Positions 7,563-11,824 of a stretch of DNA of 11,824 bases are shown here, in pieces (the stretch's first letter is position 1; every line of letters begins with the position of its first letter). The DNA is from Candidatus Zixiibacteriota bacterium (GTDB taxonomy: Bacteria > Zixibacteria > MSB-5A5 > GN15 > FEB-12): NCBI GenBank assembly GCA_041742355.1, contig JBGSIV010000011.1, forward strand, positions 1 through 11,824, written 5' to 3'. The notes under the pieces were generated by a model. The model was not told where the DNA came from. It did not search any database and saw only the letters and a list, made by a program, of their open reading frames with translations. A program made the translations under genes and the position numbers.

Positions 7563-8735
7563 CTACCGCAGTCGCTGCTCGAGGAGTTGCACGGCTCGTT
7601 TGAGGCGGTCGATTTCGAGGCGCAGGGAGTCGGCGGTCGAGGAGTTGATTGCGGAGGGGGCACTCTCAAACGGGTTGGCAGGGAGCGGAGTTTCGAGCCG
7701 GCCGGTTTCGAACTGCACGACGTACGGAACTTCGCGCCGGAGGTAGCCGACCTCAAGGCGGGTGCCGGGGAGGTTGTCCCGTACGATGAATTGAAGTTGG
7801 GCCGCGGAGGCGACGGCCGTGCCATTGATCGAAAAGAGGAGGTCGCCGGGCTGGAGGCCGGCCCGAGCAGCGGGAGAACCGGGCGCCACAGCAGTCACGA
7901 GGATGCCTCGGTCGATAATCCGGCCGGGAGTCGGGCCGGTGCTCACCAGTGCCGCGGGATAGTCGAGTTCGATGCCGGGGGCGAGCTCGAAGTCGGCGAC
8001 GCGAACGCCGATGTAGCCGGCGTAGCGGCTGCCGTGACGGAGGAGGTGGGTGATGATTTCGGGGATCTCGGCCGCGGGTACAGCCAGGCCGACCTCGGCG
8101 CTGCCATCCTGTCCGAGACTCCCGGCGATCACGCCGACGAGGTTGCCGGCCAGGTCGAAGACTCCCCCACCCATACTGCCCGACGTAATGGGGGCGGAGA
8201 ACTGCATAAGGCCGTCGGGACGGTATCCGGCGCAGAAGCCGAGTGACGGAGCGGCGCGCACGCCGTAGGCGTTGCCGAGCGCCACGACCATTTGGCCGGC
8301 GCACTGCGAACTGCGGCTGAGAATCGCGGGGCGGCCGAGGTTATTCTCGGCGCTGAGCAGGGCGAGGCCGGTACGGTAGTCGACACCGACCAGGCGGGCC
8401 GTGATGACGTGGTGATCGCAGCGGATGACGATATCGTCGCGGTCGACCACCGAGGTGGCGGCGACGACGACATGGCCGAGGGTATCGCAGACTATGCCGG
8501 TGGAGACAAGCGTCTGCACCGCACCCATTCCGGGGGCTCCGGTGCCGAAGGCGTGCGGCTGCGCCGCTTCAACGGTCACGACAGAGCGGGAGATGCGGTA
8601 GACGAGGTCGTTTATCCGGTCCTCAAGCTCGATGAGCGAGGAGTCGGCTGCGCCAACGGGTCCGGTTGAAAAAAGGACCGCCAGAAGGCACAGGAGAAGG
8701 GCTGATCTGGCGGTCGTAGCACGATTCGTTATCAT
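7563..8735 (-). CDS. HtrA/DegS-like trypsin-fold + PDZ protein, predicted catalytically inactive, with C-terminal coiled coil
   Basis: 390 aa. Signal peptide, then HtrA-type segments SVVTVE, STGIVCDTLGHVVV, ARLVGVDYRTGLALL, GQMVVALGNAYG, QFSAPITSGSMGGGVFDLAGNLVGV, GLAVP. PDZ domain GYIGV...GILVTAVAPGSPAARAGLQPGDLLFSING. Triad positions are substituted. Confidence 0.88.
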   Translation of the reverse strand: MITNRATTARSALLLCLLAVLFSTGPVGAADSSLIELEDRINDLVYRISRSVVTVEAAQPHAFGTGAPGMGAVQTLVSTGIVCDTLGHVVVAATSVVDRDDIVIRCDHHVITARLVGVDYRTGLALLSAENNLGRPAILSRSSQCAGQMVVALGNAYGVRAAPSLGFCAGYRPDGLMQFSAPITSGSMGGGVFDLAGNLVGVIAGSLGQDGSAEVGLAVPAAEIPEIITHLLRHGSRYAGYIGVRVADFELAPGIELDYPAALVSTGPTPGRIIDRGILVTAVAPGSPAARAGLQPGDLLFSINGTAVASAAQLQFIVRDNLPGTRLEVGYLRREVPYVVQFETGRLETPLPANPFESAPSAINSSTADSLRLEIDRLKRAVQLLEQRLR

Positions 8736-8738
8736 TTT

Positions 8739-9428
8739 TCAGTAGGTGTTTGAGACCTCCTTGGCAGCGGCATCAGGATTCTGATACATCCGGATAACCG
8801 GCCGGATACGGTAGAAATCGGAGACATAGGGCACAGCACCGGTCTGGGCGGCGACATTCGTCGCGCCATACATTGGCGCCATGCGGTGGAATTCGACCTG
8901 CGCGCCGACAGCTTGCGAGAGCCGGTTGAGGCGTTCGGCGCGGGCCATTTGTGCGGCCAGCGACCAGTCCTTTTCGAGGCTCACGGTCATGTTCGGATTG
9001 TGCGTCGGCTGGACAGTCATGTGCCGGGGAAGCGGATCGGTCGACAGGTCGGCAATGACACCACTCGGCGAATCCGTGCCGGGCATGAATGTCATGATAC
9101 CGACGACCGCAACTACGCAGGCACTGGCCATCACCGGCACCAGCCTGGTCCAAAGGACCAGCGGCGCCCGTTTCGGCAGGTAGGCCTGGGTGCGCGTTTC
9201 GGCGAAACGTTCTTCGGCAATACGATTGAACAGCTTGGCGGTGAAATCCGCGGAAACCGTGCGCGAGGACACCAGCGAGGTAGCCTCAAGCAGGGCGCGG
9301 AATTCGCTCTCTTCTCGGCGGCATTCCGGGCAGGTCGAAAGATGTTCGCTCACCGCCAGCTGCTGTGAGGGCGACAGTTCGTCCTTACAGTAGGCTGACA
9401 GGAAGGAGCGTGTTCTTCGACAGCGCAT
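8739..9428 (-). CDS. Membrane-anchored zinc-binding anti-sigma factor (zf-HC2/ZAS, RsiW/RseA-like)
   Basis: 229 aa. MRC...LSAYCKDELS...HLSTCPEC (Cys plus HxxxCxxC), one hydrophobic helix (LVPVMASACVVAVVGIMTFMP), extracytoplasmic tail of about 115 aa. GGAGG at 9439-9435 lies 6 nt before the ATG. Directly follows the ECF sigma gene. Confidence 0.9.
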   Translation of the reverse strand: MRCRRTRSFLSAYCKDELSPSQQLAVSEHLSTCPECRREESEFRALLEATSLVSSRTVSADFTAKLFNRIAEERFAETRTQAYLPKRAPLVLWTRLVPVMASACVVAVVGIMTFMPGTDSPSGVIADLSTDPLPRHMTVQPTHNPNMTVSLEKDWSLAAQMARAERLNRLSQAVGAQVEFHRMAPMYGATNVAAQTGAVPYVSDFYRIRPVIRMYQNPDAAAKEVSNTY

Positions 9429-9993
9429 TCTGACCCTCCAGTTTGGGTAGTAACTTATCGCGAAGCATCATGCGGGCACGGTTCACTCGGGACTTGACCG
9501 TGCCGAGGGGGATGCTCAGTATTTTGGCGACTTCTTCGTACGGCATCTCCTGGAGATCGCGGAGCATGAAAGCCATGCGGTACTTCTCCGGAAGCTCCTG
9601 CACCGCTTCATCGAGAACCTGCGGCAGGCGGCTGGGGAGCTTCATCTCGACGGCGAACTCGGCTTCGTTCCCCTGCATTTCGGTGATGTCGTAGTGTTTG
9701 AACCGTTTCCGCTTGCGCAGTTCGTTGCGGGCGAGGTTCAGTCCGATGGTATAGATCCAGGTCGAGAAGCAGTGCTGGAAATTGAACGATTGCCGGTGCT
9801 GATACACGCGGATAAACGTCTCCTGCACGACGTCTTCGGCCTCTTCCTGCGATGAAAGCATGCGCCCGATGACATTCATGAGCCGGTCTTTGTAGCGTTC
9901 GACCACCTCATTAAAGGCCACCATATCACCGTCCTGGACGCGGCGCATGAGCTTGTAGTCTATTGCCTTCTCGGTCTCTTTGTTCTTCGCCAT
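9385..9993 (-). CDS. RNA polymerase sigma-70 factor, ECF subfamily (SigW/RpoE-like)
   Basis: About 202 aa. Region 2: GDMVAFNEVVERY...EAEDVVQETFIRVY...FSTWIYTIGLNLARNELRK. Region 4: LPEKYRMAFMLRDLQEMPYEEVAKILSIPLGTVKSRVNRAR. ATG at 9993 chosen because AAGGA lies 9 nt upstream; GTG at 9999 is the alternative. Confidence 0.95.
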   Translation of the reverse strand: MAKNKETEKAIDYKLMRRVQDGDMVAFNEVVERYKDRLMNVIGRMLSSQEEAEDVVQETFIRVYQHRQSFNFQHCFSTWIYTIGLNLARNELRKRKRFKHYDITEMQGNEAEFAVEMKLPSRLPQVLDEAVQELPEKYRMAFMLRDLQEMPYEEVAKILSIPLGTVKSRVNRARMMLRDKLLPKLEGQNALSKNTLLPVSLL

Positions 9994-10020
9994 AATCACC
10001 CGTCCTTCGTGCTGTACTAC

Positions 10021-10050
10021 TTAGTACCCGCCGCGGCTCCCAAGGTTCCC
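10021..10050 (-). promoter_or_regulatory. Candidate autoregulatory ECF promoter (GGGAAC-N16-GGTACTAA)
   Basis: Minus strand GGGAACCTTGGGAGCCGCGGCGGGTACTAA, ending 28 nt upstream of the sigma ATG. It has the AAC-N16-nGTA architecture of SigW-type promoters (TGAAAC-N16-CGTA). Confidence 0.6.
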
Positions 10051-10229
10051 GAGTATTCGCCACGGCGACATCATTTAACCTTCCGGAGAGCAACAACTTA
10101 CGAAAAGGACCCAAAAATCGCGGCCGGCGCTGATCGTCACTCCTGACAGATTACCCCAAACACGACCGTTTCTTCCGGGAAAACCACTTAAAAGCACAGC
10201 CCCGGTATTCTGACCGCCCCTGATTTGGC

Positions 10230-10257
10230 TTGACAACGGAGGGCGGGCGTGTACTTT
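10230..10257 (+). promoter_or_regulatory. Sigma70 promoter for pabB (TTGACA-N16-TACTTT)
   Basis: Perfect -35 TTGACA at 10230-10235 and -10 TACTTT at 10252-10257. ATG at 10269 follows 11 nt later. Confidence 0.6.
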
Positions 10258-10268
10258 TCGGGCTGATC

Positions 10269-11612
10269 ATGAGTCAAGCTAACTTGTTGACAGCCAATAG
10301 GGCAGATCTCTCTCGGCGGATCGCCCCGACCCTGCGAAAGCAGGGAACGGTCTGGCTGGATTCGGCCTACGGTTTTCGTGACCGGGGGCGGATGTCGTTC
10401 CTATGCCGACGGCCGGTGGTGGATGTTTCGATTCGGGGTGGCTCGGCGCTGATCAGCGAAGAGGGGCAGGAGCGTCGGAGGCTCAATGGAATCGACGGGC
10501 TGGCGCTGCTGGAAGACCTCTGGGCCGATACCGGCCTCTTCTCGGTCGGGTATATCACGTACGAGGCGGCGCTTCCGTTTGTCGACCCGGCGGCTGGGCA
10601 GGCTGACCTTCAGATCCCGGATATGCGTTTCGCCTTCTATCGATCGGTTCTTCAGATCGATCACCTCGCCGGGACAGCTGAACCGACGAACCGGGAATTC
10701 GATGACTACCGCGATCTTCTTGAAGGACCGGAGGCGACCTTTGATAGTCCCACAGAGTCTTACGGCAATGCCCGCCTGTCCTGCGCCCTTCAGAAGAGCC
10801 TATACTGCCGTCATGTCGAGCAGATCAAGCACCATATCCATGAAGGGGATATTTACCAGGCCAACTACACAACCCGGTTGGAAGTGCTCTCGAAAGCCGA
10901 CCCGGTGTCGGTGTACCTGCGTCTGCGCGACTTAAATCCCTCGCCGTACGCCGCCTGGCTCAATTACGGCGACTACCAGATTCTCTCGTCGTCGCCGGAG
11001 CGGATGTTCCTCAAAGAGGCCAGCGCGGTGACCACCGGGCCGATCAAGGGGACGATTGCGCGCGGCCGGAACGAGCAGGAGGATGCGGTGAATCTTCGGA
11101 CGCTACTCGGCTCCGAGAAGGACCGGGCGGAGTTGCTGATGATTGTCGATCTCGCGCGAAACGACCTCGGTCGGGTTGCTGAGATCGGGAGTGTCCGGGT
11201 CGACGGCCTTTTCCGTCCGGAGCGGTACGCCTCGGTGCACCACCTGGTCGGCGATATCAGTGCGCGGCTCCGGACCGACTGCACGACGGCCGACCTGATT
11301 CGGGCGCTGTTGCCGGGCGGGTCGATCACTGGAGCGCCGAAAAGACGCGCGACCGAAATCATCCGTTGTTTGGAACCGTATCCGAGATCGGTGTATACCG
11401 GGTGTATCGGTTATGTCCACGGCGACCGGGCCGACTTCAACATAGCGATCCGCACGATGATCCACCGCGACGGCTGCTACCATGTGCACGCCGGTGGGGG
11501 GATAGTCGCGGACAGCCGGCCGGAGGCCGAGTACGATGAGATGCGCCTGAAGGCGGAACGAATGCTCGCGGCGTTGGGATTGAACAAGGAGAGTACAGCG
11601 TGGCCCGAATAG
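10269..11612 (+). CDS. pabB: Aminodeoxychorismate synthase component I (chorismate-binding MST enzyme)
   Basis: 447 aa from ATG 10269 (the TTG at 10230 coincides with the -35 box). Motifs GDIYQANY, NPSPYAA, SSSPERMF, PIKGT (Lys typical of PabB, versus PIAGT in TrpE), EKDRAELLMIVDLARNDLGRV, PGGSITGAPK, NIAIRT, AGGGIVADS. Confidence 0.88.
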   Translation: MSQANLLTANRADLSRRIAPTLRKQGTVWLDSAYGFRDRGRMSFLCRRPVVDVSIRGGSALISEEGQERRRLNGIDGLALLEDLWADTGLFSVGYITYEAALPFVDPAAGQADLQIPDMRFAFYRSVLQIDHLAGTAEPTNREFDDYRDLLEGPEATFDSPTESYGNARLSCALQKSLYCRHVEQIKHHIHEGDIYQANYTTRLEVLSKADPVSVYLRLRDLNPSPYAAWLNYGDYQILSSSPERMFLKEASAVTTGPIKGTIARGRNEQEDAVNLRTLLGSEKDRAELLMIVDLARNDLGRVAEIGSVRVDGLFRPERYASVHHLVGDISARLRTDCTTADLIRALLPGGSITGAPKRRATEIIRCLEPYPRSVYTGCIGYVHGDRADFNIAIRTMIHRDGCYHVHAGGGIVADSRPEAEYDEMRLKAERMLAALGLNKESTAWPE

Positions 11613-11824
11613 TAACGACGATCAATGGCAGGCTGGTCAAACCGGAGAATGCGAAAATCTCGGTGTTCGACAACTCGGTCATGTATGCCGAGGGGTTGTT
11701 CGAGATGTTTCTCGGGATCGATGACCGGGTCATATTCATGGAGGAGCACATTCAGCGCCTTTATCGCGGCGCGAAGCTCATCGATCTGAAGATGCCGGTG
11801 AGCCGGGATGTACTTCGGCGGTGG
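11600..11824 (+). CDS. Class IV PLP-dependent enzyme, probably aminodeoxychorismate lyase (PabC)/IlvE-like (5' part only)
   Basis: Not in the ORF track. AAGGAG at 11586-11591, then GTG at 11600: MARIVTTINGRLVKPENAKISVFDNSVMYAEGLFEMFLGIDDRVIFMEEHIQRLYRGAKLI. This matches the class IV N-terminus (NG, ISxxD, YGxGxFE, HxxRL). Overlaps pabB by 13 nt. Confidence 0.85.
   Translation, partial: MARIVTTINGRLVKPENAKISVFDNSVMYAEGLFEMFLGIDDRVIFMEEHIQRLYRGAKLIDLKMPVSRDVLRRW

Noticed and set aside
8755..8762. Perfect AAGGAGGT upstream of the pseudoprotease gene
   Set aside because: It lies 19 nt from the ATG, and an in-frame TGA blocks any nearer start. It encodes K-E-V of the anti-sigma; translational coupling is the simpler explanation.
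10088..10102. IHF-like half site (GAGCAACAACTTA) in the divergent intergenic region
   Set aside because: It matches only CAA-N4-TTR of WATCAA-N4-TTR, which is too weak to call.
9926..10114. 62-aa ORF upstream of the sigma gene as a possible leader peptide
   Set aside because: It has no RBS, spans the candidate ECF promoter, overlaps the sigma gene out of frame and has no recognisable features.
10168..10184. Imperfect palindrome GTTTCTTCCGGGAAAAC
   Set aside because: Short and mismatched, single copy, with no terminator-like U tract or known operator match.
10269..11612. Alternative call as anthranilate synthase TrpE
   Set aside because: The PIKGT motif and the coupled class IV (PabC-like) gene favour PabB, and no trp genes are nearby.

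Overview
GC-rich bacterial chromosomal window from a diderm organism; no mobile elements, RNA genes or CRISPR arrays are recognisable. The minus strand carries an ECF sigma factor (SigW/RpoE-like), a membrane-anchored zf-HC2 (ZAS) anti-sigma factor, an HtrA/DegS-like protease-fold + PDZ protein, a CMD/AhpD-like protein, TamB, a 3-POTRA Omp85 (TamA/BamA family) and an IscS-type cysteine desulfurase. The desulfurase is missing from the ORF track because it runs off the left edge. Divergently on the plus strand lie pabB and the start of a class IV PLP enzyme (probably PabC). Two observations stand out. First, the HtrA homologue in the ECF operon has lost all three catalytic-triad residues but keeps its signal peptide and PDZ domain and has a C-terminal coiled coil, suggesting a pseudoprotease-based envelope-stress module. 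Second, TamB is strongly enriched in the Bacteroidota-type O-glycosylation sequon D-S/T-[AILVMT] compared with the cytoplasmic proteins in the window.
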